A stretch of DNA of 64,000 bases from an uncultured Pelagibacteraceae bacterium (GTDB taxonomy: Bacteria > Pseudomonadota > Alphaproteobacteria > Pelagibacterales > Pelagibacteraceae), in the NCBI GenBank assembly GCA_902566315.1, contig CACFIL010000001.1, positions 7,977-71,976 of the forward strand, read 5' to 3'. Shown here one piece after another: positions 42,115 to 54,652 of this stretch (positions are counted from its first letter, which is position 1; every line of letters starts with the position of its first letter). The translations under genes were made by a program, and so were the position numbers. The notes beneath the pieces are model-generated. The model saw nothing but the letters and a program-made list of their open reading frames with translations, searched no databases and had not been told where the DNA came from.

Positions 42115-42948
42115 ATGGCATTAAAAACATTTAAACCATACACTAAGTCAACAAGAGGCACTATCCTTGTTAGTAGAGAAGGACTTTGGAAAGGCAAGCC
42201 ATTTAAATCACTTACTTCAGCAAATAACTCATCAAAGGGAAGAAATAATTATGGAAGAATAACTTCAAGAAATCATGGTGGTGGACACAAACATAAATAT
42301 AGAAAAATCGATTTTTATAGAAAAAAAATGAATTCAATGGCAGAGATAGAAAGAATTGAATATGATCCAAATAGATCCTGTCACATAATGCTAGTAAAGT
42401 TTGATGATGGTGAAAGATTTTATTATCTTGCACCAAAAGATATAAAAATCGGTGATAAGATACAGAATGGCTCTAACTCAGAAATCAAAGTAGGAAATTG
42501 TTTACCTTTAAAAGATATACCAGTTGGAATTGATATACATAATGTAGAAATCAACCCCGGTGGAGGTGGCAAGATAGCAAGATCAGCAGGTACTTCAGTT
42601 TCTATTTCTGGTATTGATGGAAATTATTCCATAATAAAAATGATATCTGGTGAAGTTAGAAAAATCAATTCTAACGCAATGGCTACTATTGGTGTTTTAT
42701 CAAATCCAGATCAAAAAAATATTAAAATTGGTAAAGCAGGAAGATCAAGATGGTTAGGAATAAGACCTCACACAAGAGGAGTTGTTAAAAATCCCGTTGA
42801 TCACCCACATGGTGGTGGAGAAGGTAAATCAGCTGGTGGTAGACATCCAGTATCACCAACTGGTCAATCTGCAAAAGGACTTAAAACAAGAGATAATAAG
42901 CGAACAGATAAATTTATAATTAGAAGAAGAAAGAAGAAGAGAGGGTAA
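42115..42948 (+). CDS. rplB: 50S protein L2
   Basis: EYDPNRS, NPVDHPHGGGEG. Confidence 0.99.
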   Translation: MALKTFKPYTKSTRGTILVSREGLWKGKPFKSLTSANNSSKGRNNYGRITSRNHGGGHKHKYRKIDFYRKKMNSMAEIERIEYDPNRSCHIMLVKFDDGERFYYLAPKDIKIGDKIQNGSNSEIKVGNCLPLKDIPVGIDIHNVEINPGGGGKIARSAGTSVSISGIDGNYSIIKMISGEVRKINSNAMATIGVLSNPDQKNIKIGKAGRSRWLGIRPHTRGVVKNPVDHPHGGGEGKSAGGRHPVSPTGQSAKGLKTRDNKRTDKFIIRRRKKKRG

Positions 42949-42951
42949 TTA

Positions 42952-43248
42952 ATGGCTAGATCAGTATGGAAAGGACCATTTGTAGACGAAAGTTTGATCA
43001 GAAAAGTTGAAAAACAGAAATCTGAGACTATTAAAAAGCCTATTAAAACCTGGTCAAGAAAATCGACTATTATACCTGATTTTATAGGTATAAGTTTTTT
43101 AATTTACAATGGTAAAAAATTTATCCCAATAACAATATCTGAGGACATGGTTGGTCATAAACTTGGTGAATTTGCTCCAACAAGACAATTTTTTGGCCAT
43201 ACACCTGCAGATAAAAAAGCTAAAGTTGAAGGTGGAGCTAAAAAATAA
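42952..43248 (+). CDS. rpsS: 30S protein S19
   Basis: [17 protein letters not shown]. Confidence 0.98.
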   Translation: MARSVWKGPFVDESLIRKVEKQKSETIKKPIKTWSRKSTIIPDFIGISFLIYNGKKFIPITISEDMVGHKLGEFAPTRQFFGHTPADKKAKVEGGAKK

Positions 43249-43643
43249 TGCCAAATTTAAAAAAACAGATAGATACTAAAATAGTTAAATCAGTGAATAA
43301 AAACGTAAGATCTAGTACTAAAAAGTTAAATCCAATTCTCAAATCAATAGTTGGAAAAAAAGTTGATATCGCAATTAGGAATTTATCTTTTTCGGATAAA
43401 AGAATATCTAAAGATATCAAAAAAACTATTTCTTCAGCGATTGCAAACGCAGAAAATAATTATCAATATGATATTGATAAACTGATTATAAAAGAAGCAT
43501 ATTGTGGAAAACAAGTTGTAATGAAAAGATTTAGAGCAAGAGCAAAAGGTAGAGCTGCAGAGATAATGAAGCCATATTCTAATTTAACAATAATTTTGAC
43601 AGAACAATCAAAACAATTGGAGAGCGATGGGACAAAAAGTTAA
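43248..43643 (+). CDS. rplV: 50S protein L22
   Basis: [20 protein letters not shown]. Confidence 0.97.
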   Translation: MPNLKKQIDTKIVKSVNKNVRSSTKKLNPILKSIVGKKVDIAIRNLSFSDKRISKDIKKTISSAIANAENNYQYDIDKLIIKEAYCGKQVVMKRFRARAKGRAAEIMKPYSNLTIILTEQSKQLESDGTKS

Positions 43644-44286
43644 TCCAGTGGGTTTAAGACTAGGCATCAACAGAGGGTGGGACTCTGTTTGGTATGCTAA
43701 GAAAAAAGATTTTGGTAACAATCTTATAGAGGATTTTAGAATCAGAGAATATATAAAAAAAAATGTTGTAAACTCAGGTGTCTCTAAAGTTATGATTGAG
43801 AGAACTTCGCAAAAATGTTTTGTAACAATTTATACTTCTAGACCTGGCTTTGTTATTGGAAAAAAAGGTTCAGATATTGAAAAAATTAAAGGCAAACTGT
43901 CAAAATTAACCACCAATGAAGTAGTTTTAAATATTAAAGAAGTAAAAAAACCAGAAACAAATAGTTATTTGGTTGCTGAAAATATTGCACAACAACTAGT
44001 TAAAAGAGTGTCCTATAGAAGAGCAATGAAAAGAGCTATGCAATCAGCTTTAAGATTAGGAGCAAAAGGAATCAAAGTTTCAATAAGTGGAAGATTAGGT
44101 GGAAATGAAATAGCCAGAACAGAATGGCTAAGAGAAGGAAGCATACCTTCACACACATTAAGGGCTGATATTGATTATGCAGAAGCTGAAGCTTTAACTA
44201 CATACGGTATAATTGGAATCAAAATCTGGATTTATAAAGGGGAAATTTTTGTGAGAGAATTTAGCCAGGAAAGGAATAAGTCATAG
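43627..44286 (+). CDS. rpsC: 30S protein S3
   Basis: [22 protein letters not shown]. Confidence 0.98.
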   Translation: MGQKVNPVGLRLGINRGWDSVWYAKKKDFGNNLIEDFRIREYIKKNVVNSGVSKVMIERTSQKCFVTIYTSRPGFVIGKKGSDIEKIKGKLSKLTTNEVVLNIKEVKKPETNSYLVAENIAQQLVKRVSYRRAMKRAMQSALRLGAKGIKVSISGRLGGNEIARTEWLREGSIPSHTLRADIDYAEAEALTTYGIIGIKIWIYKGEIFVREFSQERNKS

Positions 44287-44290
44287 CCAT

Positions 44291-44698
44291 ATGTTACAAC
44301 CAACTAGAACAAAATTTAGAAAGGCTCATAAAGGGAGAATACATGGAACAGCGTCTAGATGTAACTTAATGAATTACGGTTCTTTCGGCTTAAAAGCAAT
44401 TCAACCAGAAAGAATAATATCAAGACAAATAGAGGCAGCTAGAGTTGCTTTAACAAGACATATGAAAAGACAAGGAAGAGTATGGACAAGAATGTTTCCA
44501 AATATTCCTGTATCAAAAAAACCTACAGAAGTTAGAATGGGTAAAGGCAAAGGTTCTCCTGAATTTTGGGCATGCAGAGTTAAACCTGGAAGAATTTTAT
44601 TTGAAGTAGATGGTGTTTCAGAACAAATTGCAAAGGAAGCTCTTTACAAAGCTTCGGCAAAATTGCCTATAAAATGCAAATTTATAAAGAGAGTATAA
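44291..44698 (+). CDS. rplP: 50S protein L16
   Basis: MLQP.RTKFRK, RMGKGKG. Confidence 0.98.
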   Translation: MLQPTRTKFRKAHKGRIHGTASRCNLMNYGSFGLKAIQPERIISRQIEAARVALTRHMKRQGRVWTRMFPNIPVSKKPTEVRMGKGKGSPEFWACRVKPGRILFEVDGVSEQIAKEALYKASAKLPIKCKFIKRV

Positions 44699-44699
44699 A

Positions 44700-44888
44700 A
44701 TGAAAAAAAAAGATATAAAAAAATTAACAAAAAAACAAATGGTAGAAAATATAGATAAACTAAAAAAAGATCTGTTTAATTTTAGATTTCAAAAGGTTAA
44801 TGGACAAGTTAAAAGCCCAGCTAAAATAACAGAAACAAAAAAAAATATTGCACGTTTGAAAACATTAATTGAGGTAAAAAATGCCTAA
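44700..44888 (+). CDS. rpmC: 50S protein L29
   Basis: LFNFRFQ, IARLKT; synteny. Confidence 0.95.
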   Translation: MKKKDIKKLTKKQMVENIDKLKKDLFNFRFQKVNGQVKSPAKITETKKNIARLKTLIEVKNA

Positions 44889-45117
44889 AAAAATACTCAG
44901 CGGAATTGTAGTTAGTGATAAACCAAATAAAACCATAACAGTATTGGTTGAAAGAAAATATCAACATCCAGTTTTAAAAAAAGTTATGAGAGCTAGGAAA
45001 AAATATAATGCCCATGACGAGGAAAATAAATTTAAAACTGGCGATAAAGTAAATATAAGAGAAAGTAAACCATATTCAAAAAATAAAAAATTCGAAGTAA
45101 TAGGGAGCATGAAATGA
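44881..45117 (+). CDS. rpsQ: 30S protein S17
   Basis: GIVVSDK..KT, AHDE. Confidence 0.97.
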   Translation: MPKKILSGIVVSDKPNKTITVLVERKYQHPVLKKVMRARKKYNAHDEENKFKTGDKVNIRESKPYSKNKKFEVIGSMK

Positions 45118-45482
45118 TACAAGTTCAAACTGAATTAATGGTTGCTGATAATACCGGTGCAAAAAAAATTGAATGTATAAAAGTATTAGGTGGATCAAAA
45201 AGGAGATACGCAAGTATAGGTGATACTATTGTTGTTGCAATAAAAGAGGCAATACCTAAAGGAAAAGTTAAAAAAGGAGCTGTACATAAAGCTGTGGTAG
45301 TAAGAGTGAAAAAGGGTATTCATAGAAATGATGGTTCTAAAGTCAGGTTTGATAATAACGCAGCAGTCTTAACAGATGACAAAGGTGAGCCAATAGGAAC
45401 TAGAATTTTTGGACCCGTTACTAGAGAGCTTAGAAGTAGGGGACAAATGAAGATAATTTCATTAGCTCCGGAGGTTTTATAA
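45114..45482 (+). CDS. rplN: 50S protein L14
   Basis: [26 protein letters not shown]. Confidence 0.98.
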   Translation: MIQVQTELMVADNTGAKKIECIKVLGGSKRRYASIGDTIVVAIKEAIPKGKVKKGAVHKAVVVRVKKGIHRNDGSKVRFDNNAAVLTDDKGEPIGTRIFGPVTRELRSRGQMKIISLAPEVL

Positions 45483-45721
45483 TGATTAAGAAAGGTGTGA
45501 AAGTAAAAATTTTAACTGGAAAGGATAAAAATAAAGAAGGCGAAGTTATCGAAATTGATAGAAAGAATACAAGAGCTAAAGTTAAAGGAATAAATATAGT
45601 TAAAAAGCATGTTAAAACAACAAAAGAAAAAAAAGGTGGCATAGTTTCAAAAGAAAATTTTATACACTTATCAAATTTAATTAATATGGAAGAAAAAAAT
45701 AAACAAGAGGCTAAAAAGTAA
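45482..45721 (+). CDS. rplX: 50S protein L24 (short form)
   Basis: KOW motif GKDK.K.G, IHLSN. Confidence 0.95.
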   Translation: MIKKGVKVKILTGKDKNKEGEVIEIDRKNTRAKVKGINIVKKHVKTTKEKKGGIVSKENFIHLSNLINMEEKNKQEAKK

Positions 45722-46275
45722 TGGAGCCAAGGCTAAAATCATTGATAGCAAAAGAAATTAATCCAAAGTTGAAAGAAAAGTTTGGCTATAAAAATTTATT
45801 TATGGGTCCAAAAATTGAAAAAATAGTTTTAAACATGGGACTAGGTTTAGACGGTAATGACTCCAAAATTTTAAACTCGTGTATAGAGGACATGGCAAGT
45901 ATAACTGGGCAAAAACCAGTTGTTACTAAATTTAGAAAATCAATCGCTAATTTTAAAACAAGAAAAAACACAAATTCTGGTTTAAAAGTTACTTTGAGAA
46001 AAAATAAAATGTTCGAGTTTATAGATAGACTAGTAAATATAGCTTTACCAAGAATAAAAGATTTTAGAGGTCTTAGTACAAATGGATTTGATAAATTTGG
46101 AAATTATACATTTGGTATAAAAGAACAAATAATATTTCCTGAGGTGAATTTTGACAAAATAGATAAAGTTAGAGGTTTAGATATTACTGTAGTGATAAAA
46201 TCTATGGATAAAAAACACAGTTACGAACTTTTAAAAAAATTAAATTTTCCATTTAATGAAAGTAGAGGTAATTAA
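45721..46275 (+). CDS. rplE: 50S protein L5
   Basis: [22 protein letters not shown]. Confidence 0.98.
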   Translation: MEPRLKSLIAKEINPKLKEKFGYKNLFMGPKIEKIVLNMGLGLDGNDSKILNSCIEDMASITGQKPVVTKFRKSIANFKTRKNTNSGLKVTLRKNKMFEFIDRLVNIALPRIKDFRGLSTNGFDKFGNYTFGIKEQIIFPEVNFDKIDKVRGLDITVVIKSMDKKHSYELLKKLNFPFNESRGN

Positions 46276-46580
46276 TGGCAAAGCTAAGTGCAATAAACAA
46301 AAATAATAAAAGAATAAAAATGTCAAACAAATTTTATAAAAAAAGACTAAATTTAAAAAAAATAATTATGAATAAAAAATTAAGTTTTGATGAAAGGTTT
46401 AAAGCTCAACAAAAACTTTCAAAATTACCAAGAAATTCATCAAAAATTAGAGTTAGAAATAGATGTCAAATAACAGGTAGACCACACGGTGTTTACCGTA
46501 AATTAAAAATATCAAGAATTGCCTTAAGACAACTGGGTTTGGAGGGAAAAATTCCTGGTATGGTAAAATCAAGTTGGTAG
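46275..46580 (+). CDS. rpsN: 30S protein S14
   Basis: LPRNSS..R.RNRC..TGRP. Confidence 0.98.
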   Translation: MAKLSAINKNNKRIKMSNKFYKKRLNLKKIIMNKKLSFDERFKAQQKLSKLPRNSSKIRVRNRCQITGRPHGVYRKLKISRIALRQLGLEGKIPGMVKSSW

Positions 46581-46590
46581 AAAGGATATT

Positions 46591-46986
46591 ATGAGTTTAA
46601 GTGATCCAATAGGAGATATGTTAGCAAGAATTAAAAATTCACAAATGAGAAATCATAAGAAGATAGAACTGCCATCTTCAAAATTTAAGACTAAGATAGC
46701 AGATATTTTAAAGTCAGAAGGTTATATAGTAGACTATGAAATAAAATCAGAACAAAATAAAGCAAATTTACATATAAGTTTGAAATATAACTCAGGAAAT
46801 CCAGTGATAAGCTCAATCGAAAGAGTATCCAAGCCTGGTCGAAGAATATTTTCAAGTGCGGAGAGCTTACCAAAAGTTAATAATGGTTTGGGAATCGCAA
46901 TAATATCAACACCAAAAGGTGTTATGACTGATATAGATGCAAGAAAACAAAAAGTAGGTGGCGAAATAATCTGTAAGGTATTTTAA
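46591..46986 (+). CDS. rpsH: 30S protein S8
   Basis: DPIGDML.RI.N, SKPGRR, ISTPKG. Confidence 0.98.
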   Translation: MSLSDPIGDMLARIKNSQMRNHKKIELPSSKFKTKIADILKSEGYIVDYEIKSEQNKANLHISLKYNSGNPVISSIERVSKPGRRIFSSAESLPKVNNGLGIAIISTPKGVMTDIDARKQKVGGEIICKVF

Positions 46987-47525
46987 TGTCAAAAATAGGC
47001 AAAATAAATATTTCAATTCCAGAAAAGGTAAAAGTCATCCTAAGCGGTAATATTATAAATATAGAGGGACCTTTAGGAAAAAAATCTTTAAACATAGATC
47101 TAGAAATTTTTGATTTAAATATTAATGAAGGTAAGGAAGTATCAATTAAACCAAAAAATAATAATCAAGATATAAAAAGACTCTGGGGTATGAATAGAAG
47201 CCTAATCAATAATGCTATAATTGGTGCAAGTAGAGGATATGAAAAAATTCTAGAACTCTCAGGAGTTGGATTTAGAGCATCATTAAAAGGCAATATTCTA
47301 AACATGCAATTAGGATTTAGCCATGACATAAACTTTGAGATTCCTGAAGGTATTAAAATCCAGGTAGAAAAACAGAATATACTAAAAATTACAGGTACAG
47401 ATAAACAACAAGTTGGAATGGTAACCGCAAAAATTAAAAGTATAAGACCTCCAGAGCCATACAAAGGGAAGGGAATTAAAGAACAAGGTCAATATATATT
47501 AAGAAAAGAAGGAAAAAAGAAATAA
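46986..47525 (+). CDS. rplF: 50S protein L6
   Basis: [16 protein letters not shown]. Confidence 0.98.
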   Translation: MSKIGKINISIPEKVKVILSGNIINIEGPLGKKSLNIDLEIFDLNINEGKEVSIKPKNNNQDIKRLWGMNRSLINNAIIGASRGYEKILELSGVGFRASLKGNILNMQLGFSHDINFEIPEGIKIQVEKQNILKITGTDKQQVGMVTAKIKSIRPPEPYKGKGIKEQGQYILRKEGKKK

Positions 47526-47878
47526 TGAAAGTTAAAAAAAAAGATAGAAAAAAATTTAGAGTTAGAAATAAAATCAAAAAAATTTCAGCTGGTGATAGAT
47601 TTAGATTGTGTGTAAATAGATCTACTAGAAATATAAGTGCACAAATAATTGATGATAAAAAGAGTATTACATTAGTGTCAGCATCGTCATTTGGTAAAGA
47701 TTTAAAGCTGCAAAAAAAAAATAAGAAAGAATTATCAACAATTGTAGCTGAAGAATTAGCTAAAAAAGCAAAAGAAAAGAAAATTACAAAAGTTTATTTT
47801 GATAGAGGTATTTATAAGTATCACGGAAGAGTTAAACTATTAGCTGAGGAACTTAGAAAAAATGGAATGGAATTTTAA
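47525..47878 (+). CDS. rplR: 50S protein L18
   Basis: AQIIDD, FDRG.YKYHGRV. Confidence 0.97.
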   Translation: MKVKKKDRKKFRVRNKIKKISAGDRFRLCVNRSTRNISAQIIDDKKSITLVSASSFGKDLKLQKKNKKELSTIVAEELAKKAKEKKITKVYFDRGIYKYHGRVKLLAEELRKNGMEF

Positions 47879-47881
47879 ATA

Positions 47882-48382
47882 ATGGAAAAAAATGTTGAAT
47901 TTGTAGAAAAGTTAGTTCACATAAATAGAATAACTAAAGTCGTTAAGGGAGGGAGAAGGTTTGGTTTTTCTGCGCTTGTAGTTGTAGGCAATCAAAATGG
48001 TAAAATAGGCATAGCTCATGCAAAAGCAAAGCAAGTACCAGATGCAATTAAAAAGGCTAACGAATTAGCAAGAAGGAATCTTGTGCAAATACCGCTTAGA
48101 GAAGGAAGAACAATACACCATGATATTTATGGCAAAGATGGTGCAGGAAAGATAAAGTTAAGAGCAGCACCAAAAGGTACAGGCATAATTGCTGGAGGAG
48201 CAGTAAGAGCAGTATGTGAAGTTCTTGGGATTAAAGATATAGTTGCCAAATCACTAGGAACGGCAAATCCTCATAATGTAATTAGAGCATGTATGAAAGC
48301 CCTTTCAAGACAAAACTCTCCAAAAAATATTTCTTTAATACGAAATAAAAAAATATCAGAAATTATTGAGAAAAGAGGATAA
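47882..48382 (+). CDS. rpsE: 30S protein S5
   Basis: [25 protein letters not shown]. Confidence 0.98.
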   Translation: MEKNVEFVEKLVHINRITKVVKGGRRFGFSALVVVGNQNGKIGIAHAKAKQVPDAIKKANELARRNLVQIPLREGRTIHHDIYGKDGAGKIKLRAAPKGTGIIAGGAVRAVCEVLGIKDIVAKSLGTANPHNVIRACMKALSRQNSPKNISLIRNKKISEIIEKRG

Positions 48383-48840
48383 TGAGCATCTTGAATAATA
48401 CATTGAGAATTAAAACTTCAAAGAAAAGATTAGGTAGAGGTATAGGTTCAGGTAAGGGAAAAACTTCTGGAAGAGGTATAAAAGGACAGAAATCTAGGTC
48501 TGGAGTTGCAATAAACAGCTTTGAGGGAGGTCAAATGCCATTATATAGAAGGTTACCTAAAAGAGGCTTTAATTCAATAAACAAAAAAAAAATAGCAAAG
48601 ATTAATTTAGATCAATTGCAAAGTTTTCTAAATAATAAAAAGATTGATTCTGAAAATCTAATAAATTTAGAAACATTACAAATGAAAAAGATTATTAATA
48701 AGTCCTATTCAAAATATAAAATTCTTGCTAATGGTAAATTAACTTCAAAAATAAATATAGAGGCCGATTTTTCATCAATTACAGCAAAAGAAAAGGTAGA
48801 AAAGCTTGGTGGTGTTTTAAAAATTAAAAATCCTAAATAG
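48382..48840 (+). CDS. rplO: 50S protein L15
   Basis: GRGIGSGKGKTSGRG, FEGGQMPLYRRLPKRGF. Confidence 0.98.
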   Translation: MSILNNTLRIKTSKKRLGRGIGSGKGKTSGRGIKGQKSRSGVAINSFEGGQMPLYRRLPKRGFNSINKKKIAKINLDQLQSFLNNKKIDSENLINLETLQMKKIINKSYSKYKILANGKLTSKINIEADFSSITAKEKVEKLGGVLKIKNPK

Positions 48841-48842
48841 CT

Positions 48843-50123
48843 ATGAGTGAGTCATCTCAAACAAATGATTTAAGAAATAGAATTCTATTTACTGTTTTTA
48901 TACTCGCAATTTATAGATTAGGTACCTTTGTGCCATTGCCTGGGATAGATCCAGAACAGCTTCAAGTAATGATGGATAGCAATCAAAAAGGATTGTTAGG
49001 AATGTTTAATGTATTTGCCGGTGGTGCAGTCAGTAGGATGGCAATATTTGCTCTTGGCATTATGCCTTATATTTCATCTTCAATCATAATACAGCTATTA
49101 ACTGGTGTTACTGACTATTTTAAAAATCTTAAAGCACAAGGTGAAATAGGTAGACAAAAAATTACTCAAATAACTAGATATGGAACAGTTTTATTAGCAA
49201 CTGTTCAAGGCTATGGTCTTGCTGTTGGCCTAGAGTCTTCCGCTGATTTGGTAATTAATCCAGGAGCCTTTTTTAAAATTTCAACAGTTACCACAATTGT
49301 TGCTGGAACTATATTTTTAATGTGGTTAGGTGAACAAATTACTCAAAGAGGAATAGGTAATGGCATTTCTTTAATAATTTTTTCAGGAATTGTAGCCGAG
49401 ATTCCAAGAGCATTGGTTACAACATTTGAGCTTGGTAGAACAGGCGCTATTTCAACTTTAATGATTATTGTAATTTTTGTCTTATTAGTTCTAACAATAT
49501 TATTTATAGTTTTTATGGAAAGAGCATTAAGAAAAATATTAATTAATTATCCCAAAAGACAAATGGGAAATAAAATGTATGGTGGTGAGTCGTCTCACTT
49601 ACCATTGAAAATAAATTCAGCAGGAGTAATACCTGCAATTTTTGCATCAGCACTATTATTATTACCCGTAACTTTTTCAAATTTTAATGTTTCTCAAAAT
49701 GAAACTTTTCTAAACATCTCATCATATTTTTCACAGGGGCAACCTCTTTATATGTTGTTGTATGCATCTGGAATAATTTTTTTCACTTTTTTTTATACCT
49801 CGATAACTTTTAATCCTAATGAAACAGCAGAAAATTTAAGAAAGTATGGAGGTTTTATTCCAGGGATAAGACCTGGTGAAAGTACAGCTTTATACATTGA
49901 TACAATTCTAACAAGACTTACAACAATTGGAGCAATATACCTTACACTTGTTTGTTTGATGCCAGAATTCTTGATAGCTAATTATCCTATACCTTTTTAT
50001 CTAGGTGGTGCGTCAGTTTTAATTGTAGTAGTGGTCGCTATAGATACGGTTACTCAAGTTCAAACAAGATTAATGAGCTCACAATACGAGCAATTAATCA
50101 AAAAAACTAAATTTGGTAAATAA
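48843..50123 (+). CDS. secY: preprotein translocase SecY
   Basis: ALGIMPYI, WLGEQIT.RGIGNG.S, IPGIRPG. Confidence 0.99.
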   Translation: MSESSQTNDLRNRILFTVFILAIYRLGTFVPLPGIDPEQLQVMMDSNQKGLLGMFNVFAGGAVSRMAIFALGIMPYISSSIIIQLLTGVTDYFKNLKAQGEIGRQKITQITRYGTVLLATVQGYGLAVGLESSADLVINPGAFFKISTVTTIVAGTIFLMWLGEQITQRGIGNGISLIIFSGIVAEIPRALVTTFELGRTGAISTLMIIVIFVLLVLTILFIVFMERALRKILINYPKRQMGNKMYGGESSHLPLKINSAGVIPAIFASALLLLPVTFSNFNVSQNETFLNISSYFSQGQPLYMLLYASGIIFFTFFYTSITFNPNETAENLRKYGGFIPGIRPGESTALYIDTILTRLTTIGAIYLTLVCLMPEFLIANYPIPFYLGGASVLIVVVVAIDTVTQVQTRLMSSQYEQLIKKTKFGK

Positions 50124-50129
50124 TCCAAA

Positions 50130-50693
50130 GTGAATGTTATAATATTTGGACCCCCAGGAGCTGGAAAAGGTACACAGGCAATAAATATTGTCAAAAAATT
50201 TGGACTCTTTCAAGTCTCAACAGGTGATCTTTTAAGAAATGAAGTTAAAAATAAAACCGAAATTGGTAAAGATATAGAAAATATAATTTCAATGGGAGAT
50301 TTTGCAACTGACGAAATAGTAAATGATTTAATTGAACGAGTTATTTTTGATCCTCAAAAAAAAAATAAATTAATATTTGATGGTTATCCTAGATCATTAA
50401 AACAAGCAGAAAATCTTGACGAATTATTAAGCAAATCTTTTCAAAAAATAAACTTTATTTTTTTTCTAAATGTAAAAAAAGAGACAATTATAAAAAGAAT
50501 AGAAAGAAGAAAAATTTTGGAAAATAGAGCTGATGATAATATTTCAACCTTACTAAAAAGGTTTGATACATATATGGAGACAACTAAACCTGTTTTAGAT
50601 TTCTATTCAAAAAAACCAAATTTCCATGAAATTGATGGTGATAAAAAAATACATGAAATATCTAGTAAAATTGAGCAAATCCTATCTGTTTAA
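50130..50693 (+). CDS. adk: adenylate kinase (short, LID-less type)
   Basis: GPPGAGKGTQ, STGDLLR, DGYPR, RADD. GTG start. Confidence 0.96.
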   Translation: MNVIIFGPPGAGKGTQAINIVKKFGLFQVSTGDLLRNEVKNKTEIGKDIENIISMGDFATDEIVNDLIERVIFDPQKKNKLIFDGYPRSLKQAENLDELLSKSFQKINFIFFLNVKKETIIKRIERRKILENRADDNISTLLKRFDTYMETTKPVLDFYSKKPNFHEIDGDKKIHEISSKIEQILSV

Positions 50694-50697
50694 GACA

Positions 50698-50725
50698 TTG
50701 ACTTTAAAAGATCTTCTTATATAAA
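50698..50725 (+). promoter_or_regulatory. sigma70-like promoter upstream of rpsM (alpha operon)
   Basis: TTGACT-N16-TATAAA. Confidence 0.45.
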
Positions 50726-50748
50726 AGGCTAAATTTTATCTCAAAATT

Positions 50749-51132
50749 ATGGCTCGTATAGCAGGTGTAAACATTCCCCAGAATAAATTAGTTCGCGTAG
50801 GACTTACTTATATATTCGGTATTGGCGAAAAAAACTCTAGTGATATTTGTAAATCGCTAGATATTCCTAGCACTAAACGAGTTAATGAATTAACGGATGA
50901 TGAAATTTTGAAAATAAGAGAATTTATAGATCAAAAATTTACAGTTGAGGGAGATCTAAGAAGAGATACCTCATTAAATATTAAAAGACTAATTGATTTA
51001 GCGTCTTATAGAGGTTCTAGACATAGAAAAAAACTACCTGTTCGAGGACAGAGAACTAGATGCAATGCACGTACACGTAAAGGAAAGGCAATTGCTATTG
51101 CTGGTAAAAAATTAACTCCACTTAAAAAATAA
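50749..51132 (+). CDS. rpsM: 30S protein S13
   Basis: [18 protein letters not shown]. Confidence 0.98.
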   Translation: MARIAGVNIPQNKLVRVGLTYIFGIGEKNSSDICKSLDIPSTKRVNELTDDEILKIREFIDQKFTVEGDLRRDTSLNIKRLIDLASYRGSRHRKKLPVRGQRTRCNARTRKGKAIAIAGKKLTPLKK

Positions 51133-51133
51133 A

Positions 51134-51577
51134 ATGTCAAAAGAAAAAATCGAAAATAAAGAACAAGGTAAAGATATTAAAAGTAAATCAAAAAAAAGTT
51201 CTTATTCAAAAAAGAAAAAAAATAAGAAGAATATATTAAATGGTATTGCTTATGTGCAATCAACATTTAACAATACTATAGTATCTATAGCAGACACAAA
51301 TGGAAATGTAATTTCATGGGCTTCTGCTGGACAAAAAGGTTTTAAAGGATCTAGAAAATCAACTCCATATGCAGCTCAAGTAGCAGCAGATTCTGCTGCG
51401 GCAAAAGCCCTGGAAGTTGGAATGAAGATTCTTTCAGTTGAAGTTAAAGGACCTGGTTCTGGAAGAGAAACAGCTCTAAGAGCATTGCAGGCTAGAGGTT
51501 TTAAAATAATTTCAATTAAAGATACAACCCCTATGCCACATAATGGCTCTAGACCCCCAAAAAAAAGGAGAGTGTGA
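51134..51577 (+). CDS. rpsK: 30S protein S11
   Basis: [23 protein letters not shown]. Confidence 0.98.
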   Translation: MSKEKIENKEQGKDIKSKSKKSSYSKKKKNKKNILNGIAYVQSTFNNTIVSIADTNGNVISWASAGQKGFKGSRKSTPYAAQVAADSAAAKALEVGMKILSVEVKGPGSGRETALRALQARGFKIISIKDTTPMPHNGSRPPKKRRV

Positions 51578-52605
51578 TGGAAACTACAGAAGTTAATATA
51601 AAAAATTGGAAATCATTAATAAAACCCCCTAAGTTAGATATAAAACTAAGTGATGATAAATCTTATGCTAAAATTGTAGCCGAACCACTTGAAAAAGGAT
51701 ATGGACTTACCTTAGGTAATGCATTAAGAAGAATTTTATTGTCCTCTATAAGAGGCACAGCAGTAACAGCAATTCAAATAGATGGCGTACTACATGAGTT
51801 TACATCAATAAAAGGTGTGAGAGAAGATGTTACAGATATTGTCTTAAATGTTAAATCACTTGCTCTAAAAAGTAATTCAGAAACATCGAATAAACTCGTC
51901 CTTGAAGCCAAAGGGCCAGGTGAAATTAAAGCATCAAATATAAAGACATCAGGAGATATTGAAATATTAAACCCAGATTTAGTAATATGTAACCTAGATG
52001 AAAATACTAATTTTCATATGGAAATGACCGTAAATAATGGAAAAGGTTATGTTTCTGCTGATATGAACAAGCCTGAAGAGCCTCCATTAGGTCTTATAGC
52101 TATCGACTCACTATTTAGTCCTGTTAAAAATGTTTCATATTCAATTAGCACTGCTAGAGAAGGTAAAGCATTGGATTATGATAAATTAACAATGGAAGTT
52201 CAGACAAATGGATCAATATCAGCTGAGGATGCAGTTGCTTATTCAGCAAGAATATTCCAAGATCAACTTGGTATGTTTGTAAATTTTGATGAACCACAAG
52301 AGGTAATTCTCAGAGAACAGCCAACAGAACCAGAGTTTAATAAAAACTTATTGAGAAAGGTTGATGAACTTGAGCTATCTGTAAGATCAATGAATTGTCT
52401 AAAAAATGATAATATAATTTATATTGGAGACTTAGTTCAAAAGTCAGAAGGAGAAATGTTGAGAACTCCAAACTTTGGAAGAAAATCTCTTAATGAAATT
52501 AAAGAGGTTTTAACAGGAATGTCTCTTTATCTAGGAATGGAAATACCTAATTGGCCACCAGATAATATAGCTGAATTATCTAAAAAGCTAGAGGAAGCTA
52601 TCTAA
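51577..52605 (+). CDS. rpoA: RNA polymerase alpha subunit
   Basis: [31 protein letters not shown]. Confidence 0.99.
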   Translation: METTEVNIKNWKSLIKPPKLDIKLSDDKSYAKIVAEPLEKGYGLTLGNALRRILLSSIRGTAVTAIQIDGVLHEFTSIKGVREDVTDIVLNVKSLALKSNSETSNKLVLEAKGPGEIKASNIKTSGDIEILNPDLVICNLDENTNFHMEMTVNNGKGYVSADMNKPEEPPLGLIAIDSLFSPVKNVSYSISTAREGKALDYDKLTMEVQTNGSISAEDAVAYSARIFQDQLGMFVNFDEPQEVILREQPTEPEFNKNLLRKVDELELSVRSMNCLKNDNIIYIGDLVQKSEGEMLRTPNFGRKSLNEIKEVLTGMSLYLGMEIPNWPPDNIAELSKKLEEAI

Positions 52606-53051
52606 TGAGACATAGAATGGGCTACAAAAAGCTCAATAGAACGTCAGAGCATAGAAAAGCATTAATAAAAAACATGCTTAATTCTTTAGTTAAGTATGAA
52701 CAAATAACTACGACACTTCCAAAAGCAAAGGTTTTAAAACCACAAGCAGATAAATTAATTACTTTAGGCAAGAAAGACACGCTTCAAAATATGAGAACTC
52801 TGATTTCAAAGTTACAAGATGAAGCATCGGCAAGTAAAATAAGAAAAACGTTGTCAAAAAGGTATGAAAATAGAAAAGGTGGATATACAAGAATAATTAA
52901 AGCAGGTTTTAGATATGGCGATAATGCACCTATGGCAGTAATAGAGTTTGTAGATCGAGATATAGAAGCAAAAAAAGTAGATAAAAAGAAAGCAGAAAAA
53001 TCTAAAACAGCGGATAAAAAAGTAGAAACACCCAAAGAAGCTACAGCCTAA
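52605..53051 (+). CDS. rplQ: 50S protein L17
   Basis: MRHR...KLNR, GGYTRI.K, GDNAPMA. Confidence 0.98.
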   Translation: MRHRMGYKKLNRTSEHRKALIKNMLNSLVKYEQITTTLPKAKVLKPQADKLITLGKKDTLQNMRTLISKLQDEASASKIRKTLSKRYENRKGGYTRIIKAGFRYGDNAPMAVIEFVDRDIEAKKVDKKKAEKSKTADKKVETPKEATA

Positions 53052-53064
53052 ATAACCATACATT

Positions 53065-53970
53065 ATGAAAAAAACCATCAACGTAGAAGCTACGTATACT
53101 GGTATGCGTATTGATAGATTTCTTCGTAAACTTTTCAACAATATTCCTCAAAGTTTAATTGAGAGAAATCTTAGAAGTGGGAAAATAAAACTTAATAAAA
53201 AAAAAATAAAAGGTTCTGCTAAACTTCAAATTAACGATTTGATTGAACTCCACAATTTTGAAATCAAAAATAAAATTAAAGTAAAAAAAGTAAAATTTAA
53301 ACCTTCCGATACTATAATCAAGGAAAATGAAGATTTTATAATTGAAAATAACGATGACTTTATTGTTATTAATAAGCAAGCAGGCATATCTGTTCAAGGT
53401 GGAACAAAATCAAAAAAAAATCTCATAGATATTTTTGCAAATAGTGAAATTTTCAAAGATGATAAGCCATATTCAGTTCATAGATTAGACAAAGAAACCT
53501 CTGGTGTTTTTTTAATAGCAAAAAATAGACCTACTGCACAACTACTCACAACACTGTTCAGATTAAGAAAAGTTTATAAAACCTATATTGCAATTTGCCA
53601 TGGAGAAATAACTATTAAGGATAAAGGTTCAATAAAAAATAATCTTATAAGATATAATGAAACAAAAAAAATAGTTGAGAATGCTGAGACATATTATGAA
53701 ATACTTGATAAAAATAACAATTCTACTTTTATTCAATTGAAACCAATCACTGGAAGAAAACATCAGTTAAGAAAACAATTATTTGGTTTAGGTCACTCAA
53801 TTATAGGTGATAAAAAATATAATTCTTATAAAATACAAAAAAATAATAAAAACCTTATGCTTCATTCTTATGAAATTAAATTTAAAATGAATGAAAAAAA
53901 ATATACTTTCAGAGCTACACCACCTGAATATTTTAGAAATATGTTAAAAGCAAAAAGACTTAATTTTTAA
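53065..53970 (+). CDS. RluA/RluC-family pseudouridine synthase with S4 domain
   Basis: [35 protein letters not shown]. Confidence 0.92.
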   Translation: MKKTINVEATYTGMRIDRFLRKLFNNIPQSLIERNLRSGKIKLNKKKIKGSAKLQINDLIELHNFEIKNKIKVKKVKFKPSDTIIKENEDFIIENNDDFIVINKQAGISVQGGTKSKKNLIDIFANSEIFKDDKPYSVHRLDKETSGVFLIAKNRPTAQLLTTLFRLRKVYKTYIAICHGEITIKDKGSIKNNLIRYNETKKIVENAETYYEILDKNNNSTFIQLKPITGRKHQLRKQLFGLGHSIIGDKKYNSYKIQKNNKNLMLHSYEIKFKMNEKKYTFRATPPEYFRNMLKAKRLNF

Positions 53971-54592
53971 CTTCTTTCAAAAACTTTTCAATTAATATGT
54001 CTGATATATGGTTGTATTTTTGTTTTTTAATTTTAATGAGATTTGTAATTTCTTTATCTTTTATACCACAAGGAATTATTTTTTTATAAGCATCTAAGTT
54101 ATTTGAAATATTTAGTGAAAAACCATGGTAAGCAATCCACTTCTTAACTTTAATACCTATGGCTGCAACTTTTTCAATTTTAATTTTATTATCAAATTTT
54201 CTTTTATGCCAGATTCCTATATTTTTTCTATCTGCAAAGACTTTAATATTAAATTCTTTTAAAGTATTAATTATAGTATTTTCTACTGAAGAAATAAGTT
54301 TTCTAATGTTTTTTTCTCTTTTATTCAAATCAATAACAAAATAAAAAACTAACTGACCAGGTCCATGATATGTTATTTTTCCACCTCTATTTGTTTTGAT
54401 TAAATCAATTGATTTATCTAGTAATTCATTATCTTTATAATTAGTCCCTGCCGTATAAACATCTTTATGTTCTAATATCCATATCAGCTCATTTCTTTTT
54501 TTTGCATGAATTTCATCCAATCTTTTTTCTAAAAAAGAAATAGCATTTTCATATTTTATTGGTTTTATTGACTTTTTAATCTCTATTATCAT
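53960..54592 (-). CDS. lipB: octanoyltransferase
   Basis: [29 protein letters not shown]. Confidence 0.96.
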   Translation of the reverse strand: MIIEIKKSIKPIKYENAISFLEKRLDEIHAKKRNELIWILEHKDVYTAGTNYKDNELLDKSIDLIKTNRGGKITYHGPGQLVFYFVIDLNKREKNIRKLISSVENTIINTLKEFNIKVFADRKNIGIWHKRKFDNKIKIEKVAAIGIKVKKWIAYHGFSLNISNNLDAYKKIIPCGIKDKEITNLIKIKKQKYNHISDILIEKFLKEVKN

Positions 54593-54652
54593 TATAAATT
54601 TGTAATATTAATGTTTTGTATTAATAGTGCCAACTAAATTATAGATAAAATT

